A stretch of 30,846 bases of DNA, taken from positions 1-30,846 of IMG/VR virus record IMGVR_UViG_3300020411_002190. One strand, 5' to 3'. The notes under the pieces were generated by a model, which did no database searches, was not told the DNA's origin, and worked only from the letters and a program-made list of their open reading frames with translations. The stretch is from a virus. Its lineage: Duplodnaviria; Caudoviricetes. Of the stretch, positions 23,701-29,660 are shown piece by piece. Within the stretch, counting starts at the first letter, position 1, and each line of letters opens with the position of its first letter. Both the position numbers and the translations under genes were made by a program.

Positions 23701-25606
23701 AATATTCACCCTCTTCTAGTCCCTTTAAAGGAGTAGTTTCTGCTTTATAAACAACCTTATCTCCTGTAATAAAATCTAGTGTAGGTTCGGTAAAGGAAAT
23801 AATTTGATATTGTTCTATTATACTATTATAACCATCTAATGCATCTGGAGTTCCAGTGGAAATTTCATACTTAATAGTTGATTTTGTTATATCATATGAT
23901 GGTAAAGAGTTTGAAGCAACATAGAATGATTCATCATTCTCATTATAAACATTCTGAATATCTGCAGTAACTTTATTCTGCCCATAATTTACTGATGTTC
24001 CAGAACTAGTAGCAGTATTTAAATTTCTTCTAATAGTATATGTCTGAAGAGCACTATAATTAAATCCAGTCATATCATTTAACTGAACTTGTTTAAGATT
24101 GTTGTCAATTGAGCTAACACTTGCGTTAGTAAGTGCTATATTATTCGTATCACCCAATAAAATATCAATTTTATCTCCTACTTTTAATTGTGACTTATCA
24201 ATTGAAGATTTTAATGTAATTGTAGATGAACCAGTATTAATATCCTCAACATCAAATCTACAACTAGTATTATAAATCCAAGAATTAGCAAATAATTGTT
24301 TATCAGTAGGACCAGTTTCTGGTAATGTTATCTTTTCACCTACATGATTTACATATAGAACTTGCTCTTCAGATGTTTCTAATACATCACTTACAAGTTT
24401 AAAGTCTGATAAAACACCACCAAGACGTATTTCTACCTTCTTACTTAAATCACCATCTTCATATCCGATATAAACTTCATTAGTTCTTATTTCATCTGCT
24501 GTACCAATACCGACAGTTATACCATCACACCCTAAAAACTGGTTAACAGTCTTACTAGTATATGTAATAATATTATTACCAGAGACTAATGTTCCAGTTG
24601 CACCAAATCCAATGGTAGAATCAACTGTAATAATAGAATCTGATGTAGAAACAGGGTTAATTACTTTAGTTTTTGGTTGTACTTCAAATGTACCTTCAAT
24701 TAATGCATTATCACTATAACCAACAAACAATCCAATCTTATAATATGTACTAATTCCAGATCTAGTAAAGACTTCAACCTCAGAAACAGCACCTTGAGTA
24801 GCAGGATCTGTTGATTTTCTAATAGTTTGTCCAACCAAGTTAGCAGGATTTCCAGAAATTCTTTCAGCAACTAGTAATTCTCTTCTTAAAAACTCTGCCG
24901 AGGAGGGTTTTGGTAGGTATTGTTCTAAATCAACAACAGTTGGTTCTACACCATATAGTGCATTGAATAAGATTCTGAATGATTCTTCAGTACCTTTTGC
25001 TTGATATAAACTTTTTGCTTCTTTAATAAAGTTATTAACATCAAGTTTTTCTTGAAAATCAACATCTTCAAGTCCTGGTGTAAGAGTTACCTTTAATTTT
25101 CTATAAAAATCCTTTAAAAATAGTGCACTTAAGTTAGTTACTTTAGTACTAGCAGTGTGACTTTGGGCACTACTATCACTAAAAAGGAGTTCTTCTGCGT
25201 CTAAATCAGTCCTATAACTTGTAATTCCACTAAAACCACGTACTACACCAGTAAAAGTGTTAGTTGTTACTCCAGTATATGTAAAAACTTCATTATCAAT
25301 CTTAAATAAACCATATTCATTCGGAAATCCTTTTGTAGAATATACCTGAACAGTATCATCAGAGGTAGTAATATCGGAATATAGTGTTGTTTCACCAGAA
25401 ATTACCTCTGGGGTGAGGTTATCTACCTTTAAATACTGATCTAAATTAACAGCAATATCAGCAGCACCACCTTGATGCTCCTGTGAAATATAATATTGCT
25501 TTAAAAAATCTACAGTCTTTGGACTTTCAGTTAGTACAAATTCAGGCAGTTGATTCTCTATTATCTGTTGAACAGATACTCTCTTTTCAAACCCAGTTTG
25601 TATCAT
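11759..25606 (-). CDS. gp7: Giant baseplate wedge initiator, gp7-like (4615 aa)
   Basis: Lies between gp6 and gp8. Motifs QLPEFV...FLKQYY, LYQAKGTEESFRILFNALYG and DNDYYQNLSYTVKS...LLHTTGLKNF. Many GSGY and NHGF..GD.V.Y repeats and a YHYH-like segment. Confidence 0.85.
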   Translation of the reverse strand: MIQTGFEKRVSVQQIIENQLPEFVLTESPKTVDFLKQYYISQEHQGGAADIAVNLDQYLKVDNLTPEVISGETTLYSDITTSDDTVQVYSTKGFPNEYGLFKIDNEVFTYTGVTTNTFTGVVRGFSGITSYRTDLDAEELLFSDSSAQSHTASTKVTNLSALFLKDFYRKLKVTLTPGLEDVDFQEKLDVNNFIKEAKSLYQAKGTEESFRILFNALYGVEPTVVDLEQYLPKPSSAEFLRRELLVAERISGNPANLVGQTIRKSTDPATQGAVSEVEVFTRSGISTYYKIGLFVGYSDNALIEGTFEVQPKTKVINPVSTSDSIITVDSTIGFGATGTLVSGNNIITYTSKTVNQFLGCDGITVGIGTADEIRTNEVYIGYEDGDLSKKVEIRLGGVLSDFKLVSDVLETSEEQVLYVNHVGEKITLPETGPTDKQLFANSWIYNTSCRFDVEDINTGSSTITLKSSIDKSQLKVGDKIDILLGDTNNIALTNASVSSIDNNLKQVQLNDMTGFNYSALQTYTIRRNLNTATSSGTSVNYGQNKVTADIQNVYNENDESFYVASNSLPSYDITKSTIKYEISTGTPDALDGYNSIIEQYQIISFTEPTLDFITGDKVVYKAETTPLKGLEEGEYYVEVLNGGKIKLYESRGLIETNGSIVDGTVVNNARGFLADGTNNHSFILASQSDDSIHPQKLLRKFPHSQDIKTGNETKTTTGSLGMLINGVEIISPRSLDKVYYGPLDNITVYNNGNDYDVINPPDIVIAAGLGRTALARPVVEGSVKDVLVDPQDFDVVDVKSATISGGNGSGAVLEPMVGVRQREVRFDSRNDVAGGGVSLSLDTITFVQDHNFVNGEPIVYDSNGNTGLGTFVHNAIYYPEIISNTTIKLYATKNDFDNRTFAMDFNNISGGQGIHKFKKFDYTKTLRSIKVVDGGSGYTNRKLIVDPVGVNTVTNTITFKNHGFNDGDKIVYSADTSPIEGLSTSNQYQIIKIDNHSFKLANAGVGGTITSNYTRGNYVGLGSTGVGYQNFAYPDITLTVDAIIAGVGTATQAVGVITAIPIVRGGLIDAYLYDKGTGYGSSIINFDKSPVVTVRSGKDAEFRPIIVDGKVDQVAVTYAGVEYTSAPDLTFIGIGSGVGAKARAIVENGKVTGVSILNPGVNYSSNTGVAATSIGRNAFIESDIRALTVNNHKRFGDEILVDSISGLQYGYVGHSTAIGSLLGDKLDTHSPIIGWAYDGNPIYGPNGYSDPEDANSSVKYVNTGYVLSSSDVIDRPPFKMDGTVFDNGFFIEDYKFDNSGDLDVHNGRYTKTPDFPNGVYAYFAGITTVSREAKYPYFIGDSYRSKLIPQLIDQSFDFNNSDLIRNTLPYKSEDLTADNDFITEPYEIVQQRTIVDSVSKGSVDSFEINQSGEKYAVNDVLVFDNGGTNGGGLNAYVSRVAGNHIRSIDTEITTYQDATVIWDNSNQISVHISPTHALLDGDTAVVSGVSTYISGLTKSHKIGVTSETAHLIAPVAHNTTLGFVTDIYLSSVPNNISIGSTVAIGVTNQEIVKVNNIFHERKVLRIERLVNPGIGHTETEIVSKLADTFTIPINSEYFESRKNDKVYFHPFEAVGFGVTIGQEAANKYRIGDVQYDVSVPYQSIYIPNHPFVDNQEVTHTSSTKPIKVSVKNFGSKSNLPTTGLYVINKGKDYIGLTTFKDHAAASVAGFSTGGFFFRSFEGNGDSRDWKYSLEAVYTKQTARIERITANVMTGAPWEGTQVTKESFDDGHLLVDGDEIKLTVESNQSVGIGTSTAVRVKYNSENDKIIINPTTFTGSAILAGNVINLTAHGLETGDKVFYSGNATGLSTKSYYVYRLDDDKFQLGQTRYDVLSEPPTVLSITAGSGGSGQELSRVNPRIEVIRNNNLVFDTSDSSLSGYNLRIYHDEEFKNELVSIGGTITDFIVDRSDVSSGSVGAAITVRYSDNLSSKLYYTLEKGGFISTSDTEVANNSEILFVPSVYSNTYSVSGIGSTTFQLSLKSVPETLNYTQSTTSKLEYSTASPTARGGVESIRATSGGLNYKKLPKFTSIISTEGVNADIIPKSSTIGRIKEVTIEDTGFDYSADKTLSPEVFISPNITVVDRNSITDINVLTGGSGYTIVPDIVVIDPDTNEPYPDSYLTGEIQSSSLTNVKVLQSPKGLSDKDNKVFTVNNSNGIPITSVQSTGVGTAYLTLQTPISNFSTAPFAVGDKVFIEGISVLGGIGTTSTGYNSPENGYSFFTVESVGAANPVVIGIGLTEVTEYAGIAVTDTNGYGLAVNKNNYPTFEVIQTPEQFILDERLYVLQGSTYVLEDLYITKNLNDRIKIRGTYDLEIGDHIRGKESGTIATIKEIVENRARFKIDYSLRQEKGWNNNTGKLNEDFQVLPDNDYYQNLSYTVKSPIVYEDLVNPVNRLLHTTGLKNFSDTGITTTTNVSVKTPLDAGSVALIDVIGEKRVDTVSNFDFAIDIDAEGSKSRFVKFQTKRLSDYINNDSNRVLAIDDISSQFNKVFTENNFFTNLDTINNGSGYNRYLVQIINPNNKQRQVTELITLTNNDGDIFTFEKGSIGIGTVNSNNSYNVTRLGDIIGDSDTSQLVFNPEDPYNYDYDLKVIKNTFNTSNVGIGTTSFGFVDIIGSNNLVGVGLTETLFSATANQNEAFFANIEITNSVTFDRRYVELYVDQDGTDTFISDFYLDNKDGASGNFIGTFGASIESGVVKINFTNSTESQGVFVKSRAIGFGVTTAGIGTYRFLTTGQSGGSEKTARYESKFAYTLAPATATEVFRVAKSDVTSIKSVVKVGYGVTSALHQLLSIHDGTDVYTTQYPFVSVGSTSGIGTFGSEFSGSNLILKFYPDAGINNVVLVQSYSEIIQTDSDLINIPNTLNYGTLTESIKTYAYNGVNESRINVTEFDVNHKNTPIFTKTFNPADTSVVNLNSGTFTIKDHFFETGEELEYESVSTFSNITAEDMQMSNGSDLPATVYAIKISPDEFKVGLTSTLAYAGTSVAFNDAGAGNAHTLTMAKRAEKTLLSVDGIVQSPLARTSVGYALTNNYGSISATDTFASLVGISSILPRDILKIDNEYAEVVNVGLGTTAVGPITGSGNYNLVELKRGFVGTTAAVHNDMSPSGVGNTAQVYLGSYNIVKNKLHFSAPPTGNSANSIDSSTNLENARSTFGGRVYLRKDYRFNKIYDNVSKSFTGIGATYQLTVDGETTTGIETGSGFLFINNMFQTPTTFNNVGNTYDFIDGNTATKVRFSGITNDSGNLVVSDYDVNQNQLPRGGLIVSLGSSIGRGYSQAAGATDIDVVINSSGALTKVGIGTTTKHGSGYRGVVGIGVTDEAYEHKWVTASNNAVNGSLTPTDGSYDSFTGLLTLTIPSHGLGASGNVTIANNSISMTCGRDNHTSTKTYPRAGIDPAAGGANRAFTRISSDVISVDVGPGGGRGTGANVTATVGAGGTLTFAVSAGGSNYKSPRILAPSPSYSNLEVTGVSRLGMGMTTDTGNGLLLDIEVGPTDAIPTDNKFGDAANLIDANNAFISELAAKRMFNRWNNGSNSTYSYPSGFTEQDCIDDVVDVLEATSHNLKYGGNDKTYDAANLFVTGVYSNPAPVTGEEEQVIYALHEARDMATRAMRNQKIYTHLGAQYAHTYTSGTVANAICSGGNYAHTYQAADSSANAINGSLKPTAAVYDAVAGTLALTFGSAHGIANGGNVTIANHSLVFTCARDGHATKHAYPRASDPASGATLTATVTSTTALTVTVGTSPLVFKSVVAGAGAEATSYDAKTGDLVLNVGSNHGLLGPTTLNAPTAATYAPSTGVLRLTIAGHGCAVGDYVKIDDNSLTFTCARDNHTTQHSYPRSTDPVSGVWLPIHQTSANRIWVNIGKSPDTSTHTFVSATAGVKKANEGIGIGTSKLGFKCTRDATDAAPQGVAQQLYPRPGDPFSWNKKQISIASTTTSSITVNVGVSSTSQTAKTQITDTTITQDTASPACATVASAIHTLVGIVTDVIKTHNANELPASRTLSSIETYEVNDFKIARPGYGFRKGDVFKPVGLVTDRNLSTPQAEFSLTVLDTFSDSFAAWQVGEMDYIDSIKELQNGVRTRFPLKYNGELLSFESNRDDVDLSALLLIFVNGIMQHPGKHYTFEGGTSFIFAEPPSAGSTISVFFYRGTSGADSLAVDIDETIKNGDIVQLKTTRDIQGQEPRVVSSISDSDKLRTSIYTGLNINETDYRLLDWSKQKIDRVIEGEPVYKSRDSIEGLVYPTARIIGDLPSSGITTIYVDNGYFFDYERNETGGNIAPVTIDALIMQNASPVAAAVTATVSAGGTVSALTVVDGGSGYIGSAVTVSIARPTGVAVTFTAAGVGVYTGIATATIPVVNGSLSGTANIIDGGSGYTHITPPNVLVPIETTPLDETVGIKTVRGFSGIITGITTSHSGSDLFINFMVNKGAGGQNIKTDLKPGMPIYVSGTNVGHGVTSIDTHENSIVSIGTTFIDNIYKVHSFTRIDDNHGKFSCRVKTGSNVVGIASTSTRTGTSWHGDIGKYSWGVLEMVDPQIRSNGIGIAVTGKILSSGISTFPTVQRRGFGIRSNGALRKDLG
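13650..15526 (-). repeat. Four ~90-100-aa repeats (YD..TG.L.L...HG...FTCARD.H...H.YPR..DP) inside gp7
   Basis: Seen in protein: TCGRDNHTSTKTYPRAGIDP, TCARDGHATKHAYPRASDP, TCARDNHTTQHSYPRSTDP, KCTRD...LYPRPGDP. Two copies share the DNA string atctctagcacatgtgaat (near 14009 and 14375). Confidence 0.85.
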
Positions 25607-25609
25607 CCT

Positions 25610-27499
25610 TTATATCCTCTTAAGTTCTCCATTTAAGTAGCTGGAAGTTGTCTTATACCCAATACCAGATATTTGTTCACCCGAAGTAATGGTATCTTTA
25701 ACCATATTTATTGTGCTTTTAGAAACGGAAAAATCTAGGTATAAATCCGATAATCCAATCACATCATTAGATTCAGGGATTGCTTGTATTTCAATAATAT
25801 TATTTGGTTCTACTGTTGATGTAATATTAATGGTATTAATAATGACTTCTCCTTTCTCATAATCAACTGTACCAGCAGATTTAACGACTACAGTATAATT
25901 TCCTTCCTCTACAGCATCTTTTACTATAGAAATAGTACCTGTAGTATCAGTTTTTGGCACATCAGTGAAGTAATATACGTCATTACTACCAGCAATCTTA
26001 AATCCTGTACTCTTAATGTTAAATCCTTCTGGATTTATATGGAATTTATTACCATAACATAGTTCATACTGTGCTGTTTGGTTAATAAGTGCCTTTAAAT
26101 TCCTTCTAATGATGATTTTAGTGATGTTTGATGTTATTGCATCATCAACATTGTCAATTGTTTGACAAATTTTACTGTATTTGAACCTTCCACCGAACTT
26201 ATTAATGTTAGATTCTCTAAATGTAGTCAAAGTATTAGAAATTCGACTCTTTAAATCATTAACATTTGTTACTTGAGAAGTATTATAGTAAACTGCAGAG
26301 TCAATTTCAACAAAAAGCACCTTCAAATCGATGATTTGTTGATTTATACCCGAAAGTGAGTACTGTTTTAACTTTGAAAGGATGTTACTTCTGTCAAAAT
26401 CGGAAATATAGTCACCATTTTTTGGTTTTATACTTATAATTACGTTTCCAAACTGTGGAGGATCTAATTCTTCACCACCAACAACAGAAACTGACTCAGT
26501 ATTTGGATAAATTTTCTGAATTATTGCTTCATAGTCACGAGCAGTCACTGCACGGTGCTGAGAAGAGTAAATTCTAGGTGCAAAATACTTAATTGAGTTG
26601 ATAGACTCAATATCAGAACCATTTATTGCATTTTGGTTAGTTGTAATGGTAATAGAATTGGTTGGAACTTCTATTTGTCCTTGATCATCCCTAAATCTTC
26701 CAGAAAATGTGAAATTTGATGCTCCATTTCCATCTTTTCCATCTGTAATGATGTATGAAACATCAACTACGTTACCATTTTCAAGTTTTTTGCCAAAAAA
26801 TCCGTCTCCAAAGAGTAATTCATACTTTTCATCCTGAATTTCTTGAATTAAATAGATTTCTGACGTAGAATCTATGTTTAAAATATTATCTGCAGCAAGA
26901 TATTGCCTTCCTTCCGAAATATCATTAATAGAATCCCTAATTCTAACCACAATTGTAGAAGAATCTATGTAAGGGTTGTCTAAAATGAATCTTTGGTCTA
27001 AAGAACCATCTATAATGAACGATTTTTGAAGATATGAACCTTGATAAACGGTAATATTGCTAAAAGTCGCATTTTGATTTGCATCAACGACTGTTACTAC
27101 CTTCTCTGGAATTGAAAATATGTAATTCGTGTCGTTTGTATTACCTACACAGACTAATCCTGCTTCTAAGTCTAGTGTCGAAGTTAATGTATCATTAATG
27201 TTTACACTAAATGTGATTTCTGCCTTTGCAGCAGAGCGAGAACGAGGTACATACCCAATATTACGTGCAAGTGATACTACATTCTCTCTTAACGTAGCAG
27301 AATCCAAGAAGGATTCATTTACAGTCATATTAGAGTTGAATGCTGTAATATAGGTATTATATGCTAACGTATCAATTAGAACAGAGAAGTTACTACCTTC
27401 AAAGTCAAAGTCCGTAAAGGATGAATTGGCACGTAGGTAATCCTTAATCTGTGTCTTTATTTGATCGAAATCAAGATTAGTAAACTTAGTAATCGGCAT
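25610..27499 (-). CDS. gp6: Baseplate wedge subunit gp6 (629 aa)
   Basis: LDFDQIK...FTDFDFEGSNFSVLIDTLAYNT, FLDSATLRENVVSLARNIGYVPRS and QHRAVTARDY are diagnostic T4-like gp6 motifs. Confidence 0.95.
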   Translation of the reverse strand: MPITKFTNLDFDQIKTQIKDYLRANSSFTDFDFEGSNFSVLIDTLAYNTYITAFNSNMTVNESFLDSATLRENVVSLARNIGYVPRSRSAAKAEITFSVNINDTLTSTLDLEAGLVCVGNTNDTNYIFSIPEKVVTVVDANQNATFSNITVYQGSYLQKSFIIDGSLDQRFILDNPYIDSSTIVVRIRDSINDISEGRQYLAADNILNIDSTSEIYLIQEIQDEKYELLFGDGFFGKKLENGNVVDVSYIITDGKDGNGASNFTFSGRFRDDQGQIEVPTNSITITTNQNAINGSDIESINSIKYFAPRIYSSQHRAVTARDYEAIIQKIYPNTESVSVVGGEELDPPQFGNVIISIKPKNGDYISDFDRSNILSKLKQYSLSGINQQIIDLKVLFVEIDSAVYYNTSQVTNVNDLKSRISNTLTTFRESNINKFGGRFKYSKICQTIDNVDDAITSNITKIIIRRNLKALINQTAQYELCYGNKFHINPEGFNIKSTGFKIAGSNDVYYFTDVPKTDTTGTISIVKDAVEEGNYTVVVKSAGTVDYEKGEVIINTINITSTVEPNNIIEIQAIPESNDVIGLSDLYLDFSVSKSTINMVKDTITSGEQISGIGYKTTSSYLNGELKRI

Positions 27500-27500
27500 A

Positions 27501-27905
27501 TTATCTCGTTGCTTCTAATAAGAAGGTAAATTCTTGGGAAGGTAATTGTTGTCCTACTACATCAAAACGTACAGTTACAGAGAAACTATTATCATCAGGT
27601 TCTGGTTCTGCTTGTACATCTACATTTTCAACTCTAGGTTCAAAGTTTTCAATTGTAGTAAGGATTTGATCCTCTATGACTGCTGCAGTACCAAAATCAA
27701 CCCAATTTTCAAATAATTGAGAACGTACCTCAGAACCTAGTAATGAATTAAAGAAACGCTCAGTAGGAATAGTTTGCACTAGGTTCCTAACAGAACGTGA
27801 AATCGCATTACCGTTCTTTAATATTGGTAAGTCTTTAGTAACAGGATGAGGTGTAAAGGATAGACTAATATCTTTAAAACCTCTAGAAATCCGTGTTATT
27901 GCCAT
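27501..27905 (-). CDS. gp25: Baseplate wedge subunit gp25 (134 aa)
   Basis: FKDISLSF.PHPVT.DL, AISRSVRNLVQT...ERFF...LGS, IENFEPRV. Directly upstream of gp6. Confidence 0.93.
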   Translation of the reverse strand: MAITRISRGFKDISLSFTPHPVTKDLPILKNGNAISRSVRNLVQTIPTERFFNSLLGSEVRSQLFENWVDFGTAAVIEDQILTTIENFEPRVENVDVQAEPEPDDNSFSVTVRFDVVGQQLPSQEFTFLLEATR

Positions 27906-27928
27906 CTAGGACAGTAGGTATTATGTTT

Positions 27929-27936
27929 TATTTATA
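27929..27936 (-). promoter_or_regulatory. T4-type late promoter heading the baseplate operon
   Basis: Exact TATAAATA about 24 nt upstream of the gp25 ATG, just downstream of a terminator. Confidence 0.85.
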
Positions 27937-27954
27937 AGCAATATTTAAAAAAAT

Positions 27955-27978
27955 AAAAAAACGCCTCTTTCGAGACGC
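27955..27978 (-). terminator. Rho-independent terminator closing the glycosyltransferase operon
   Basis: Minus strand GCGTCTC-GAAA-GAGGCGT-TTTTTT: 7-bp stem with two G-U pairs, GNRA loop, U tract, about 9 nt after the 48-aa gene stop. Confidence 0.8.
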
Positions 27979-27986
27979 TTCGTGAG

Positions 27987-28133
27987 TTATTTGCCCTGTC
28001 CTCTGTACTTCTTACGAGTCGAGTTACGGGAGGTTGCGGCATACTTTGTATGTTTGCCTCTTCCTTGACGAGTTTTTTTCGGGGTTGATTCGAGTTCTTC
28101 TTTTCCCCATGCACCTGTGGTTGCCTTTGCCAT
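27987..28133 (-). CDS. Small highly basic protein (48 aa)
   Basis: Not in the ORF track. Manual translation: MAKATTGAWGKEELESTPKKTRQGRGKHTKYAATSRNSTRKKYRGQGK*. AAGGAG Shine-Dalgarno just upstream, ATG 2 nt after the previous stop, terminator right after. Confidence 0.85.
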   Translation of the reverse strand: MAKATTGAWGKEELESTPKKTRQGRGKHTKYAATSRNSTRKKYRGQGK

Positions 28134-28135
28134 AA

Positions 28136-28351
28136 TTACTCCTTAGATCCTGTTACTTTCTTAGTTACCTTCTTAACGGTATCAGAAGGTAATAGTCCTG
28201 CTACTACGAGTCCTAAGAGAACTGCAATGAGTAGTTTTGCTGCTAAAAATTGCAATATGAATACGAGCAACGTCGCTGCTCCAAACACTTGCCATTTGTC
28301 TTTAATGTAGTTAACCACCTTTTCAACGGTTAAACCTTTCGTTGTTGCCAT
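28136..28351 (-). CDS. Small membrane protein (71 aa)
   Basis: A hydrophobic stretch of about 33 aa (VFGAATLLVFILQFLAAKLLIAVLLGLVVAGLL) flanked by Lys-rich ends. GGAGG RBS; TAATG coupling. Confidence 0.8.
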   Translation of the reverse strand: MATTKGLTVEKVVNYIKDKWQVFGAATLLVFILQFLAAKLLIAVLLGLVVAGLLPSDTVKKVTKKVTGSKE

Positions 28352-28521
28352 TAGTCTTCCTCCAAATAAGTTTCAGTGACAATACTATCGGGATGTGGAG
28401 TACCTGTCTGATAAAACTCTAGTGCCAAGTCCTCCATTCTTTCGAAGTATTCACCCTGCCCTAAAGCATCGAATACTTCCTTCCCATCGATGATAATTCT
28501 ATATAATTCGTGTTTTTTCAT
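28351..28521 (-). CDS. Small acidic hypothetical protein (56 aa)
   Basis: Start trimmed to the ATG at 28521 (MKKHELYRIIIDGKEVF...ETYLEED). Overlaps the GT gene end by 23 nt and fills the gap to the next gene. Confidence 0.7.
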   Translation of the reverse strand: MKKHELYRIIIDGKEVFDALGQGEYFERMEDLALEFYQTGTPHPDSIVTETYLEED

Positions 28522-29263
28522 GTCCAACCCTAACACGAGGATCACACCATATTTCAAATCCTGCTTCGATTGCATCAAGACAGAAAGAAACGTCCTCTCC
28601 GCACATGTCTTGCACTTCTCCTGATTCGAACACCTGCATCTTCGGTGCAAACCACGGATACTTCATTTCAGAATGTTCCCACACACCATGCTTAATCAGC
28701 AACCAACCGAAACCAGCATAATCAACTGTAAATGGTTTCTTACGCTTAGACATTGTTTCCAAGGTTTCATGATTCATGACTCCACCATTCTTTCTGAAAT
28801 CATCCTCTTCCATCCAATGTGCAACAGATGAAGTACTACCATCCTCTGTACAATACCAACCAGATGCAATATCCTTATCTAATAGTATTAACTTATAGAA
28901 TGCTTCAGTGTTAAAGACAATATCAGAGTCAATCCATAACTGATAATCATACTTAAGTTTACCATCCCAAGGTTTCTGATCAGGACCACGAAGAACATTA
29001 GCACCTAGACACTTACATCTAGCAAAGTTTACCATAGATGAATAGTCTTGTGATATCTGTATCTGTCCACCATTCTGTACAATATCAAAACAAAGTTGTA
29101 CAAAGTTCTTCAAATAAGTATATGATACTCCTCTTCCTGGTAAGCAAAAGACTACGCTTTTACCTCTAATCATTTCCTTTGCTTTATCGAAGTCCCACTC
29201 AGGTGCCTTCTTTGCTTGTGTTGCTACTGGTGATTTTGCTTTTACTGTAAATCCTTTTGCCAT
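28499..29263 (-). CDS. GT-A fold (GT2-like) glycosyltransferase (254 aa)
   Basis: DxD motif in YQLWIDSDIVF, AGFGWLLIK, acceptor-site GEDVSFC and a terminal VRVGH motif. Confidence 0.8.
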   Translation of the reverse strand: MAKGFTVKAKSPVATQAKKAPEWDFDKAKEMIRGKSVVFCLPGRGVSYTYLKNFVQLCFDIVQNGGQIQISQDYSSMVNFARCKCLGANVLRGPDQKPWDGKLKYDYQLWIDSDIVFNTEAFYKLILLDKDIASGWYCTEDGSTSSVAHWMEEDDFRKNGGVMNHETLETMSKRKKPFTVDYAGFGWLLIKHGVWEHSEMKYPWFAPKMQVFESGEVQDMCGEDVSFCLDAIEAGFEIWCDPRVRVGHEKTRII

Positions 29264-29286
29264 AACTTGTAGATTTCATCAATCCA

Positions 29287-29315
29287 ATTATATCAGTTTA
29301 TATAGCAAATGTCAA
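29287..29315 (-). promoter_or_regulatory. Consensus sigma70-type promoter
   Basis: TTGACA (29315-29310), 17-nt spacer, TATAAT (29292-29287), about 24 nt upstream of the GT ATG. The -35 box overlaps the upstream TGA stop. Confidence 0.88.
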
Positions 29316-29491
29316 TATGATGCATCAATATATGTTTCGTTCGGTTCTTCCACCACTTCCGAATATGTTAAGTCTTCTGTAAAGTATGATTTGTATATCC
29401 TTCTCCATATAATATTAAACTCCCATTCTGTTAAATCTTTAAATAAACATTCCTTTTGTAGGTAGATATGATATGTTTTATTAGTCTTCAT
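29312..29491 (-). CDS. Small hypothetical protein (59 aa)
   Basis: Start trimmed to the ATG at 29491 (MKTNKTYHIYLQKECLFKDL...DASY). Overlaps the AbrB-like gene by 11 nt. Confidence 0.7.
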   Translation of the reverse strand: MKTNKTYHIYLQKECLFKDLTEWEFNIIWRRIYKSYFTEDLTYSEVVEEPNETYIDASY

Positions 29492-29660
29492 CGGTTGACT
29501 CTGTAATAACAACATCACCGCAATCAATATTGAAATTCACTTTACATCCTTCGTACCAATCCATGTCGTGCATCACCCATTCTGGTATAACAGTATAATA
29601 CTCTCCTGTAATATTGTCAACCTCTATGGTGGTTTCTTCATGCCCGAATTTTTTTTGCAT
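29481..29660 (-). CDS. AbrB/MazE-like swapped-hairpin DNA-binding protein (59 aa)
   Basis: IEVDNITGEYYTVIPEWVMHDMDWYEGCKVNFNIDCGDVVI fits the beta-beta-(IP)-helix-(W.EG..V)-beta-beta pattern of SpoVT/AbrB domains. ATG at 29660 preferred over TTG at 29672. Confidence 0.6.
   Translation of the reverse strand: MQKKFGHEETTIEVDNITGEYYTVIPEWVMHDMDWYEGCKVNFNIDCGDVVITESTDED

Noticed and set aside
2994-25606. Inteins, introns or homing endonucleases as the cause of the giant ORF sizes
   Set aside because: No intein splice motifs, LAGLIDADG/HNH/GIY-YIG signatures or frame breaks were seen. Size is explained by structural repeats.
27932-28114. 60-aa ORF MHGEKKNSN... from the track
   Set aside because: Alternative frame of the 48-aa basic gene. 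It has no RBS and runs through the terminator into the late promoter.
28522-28650. N-terminal extension of the 99-aa ORF
   Set aside because: Deep overlap with the conserved GT C-terminus. The ATG at 28521 is more plausible.
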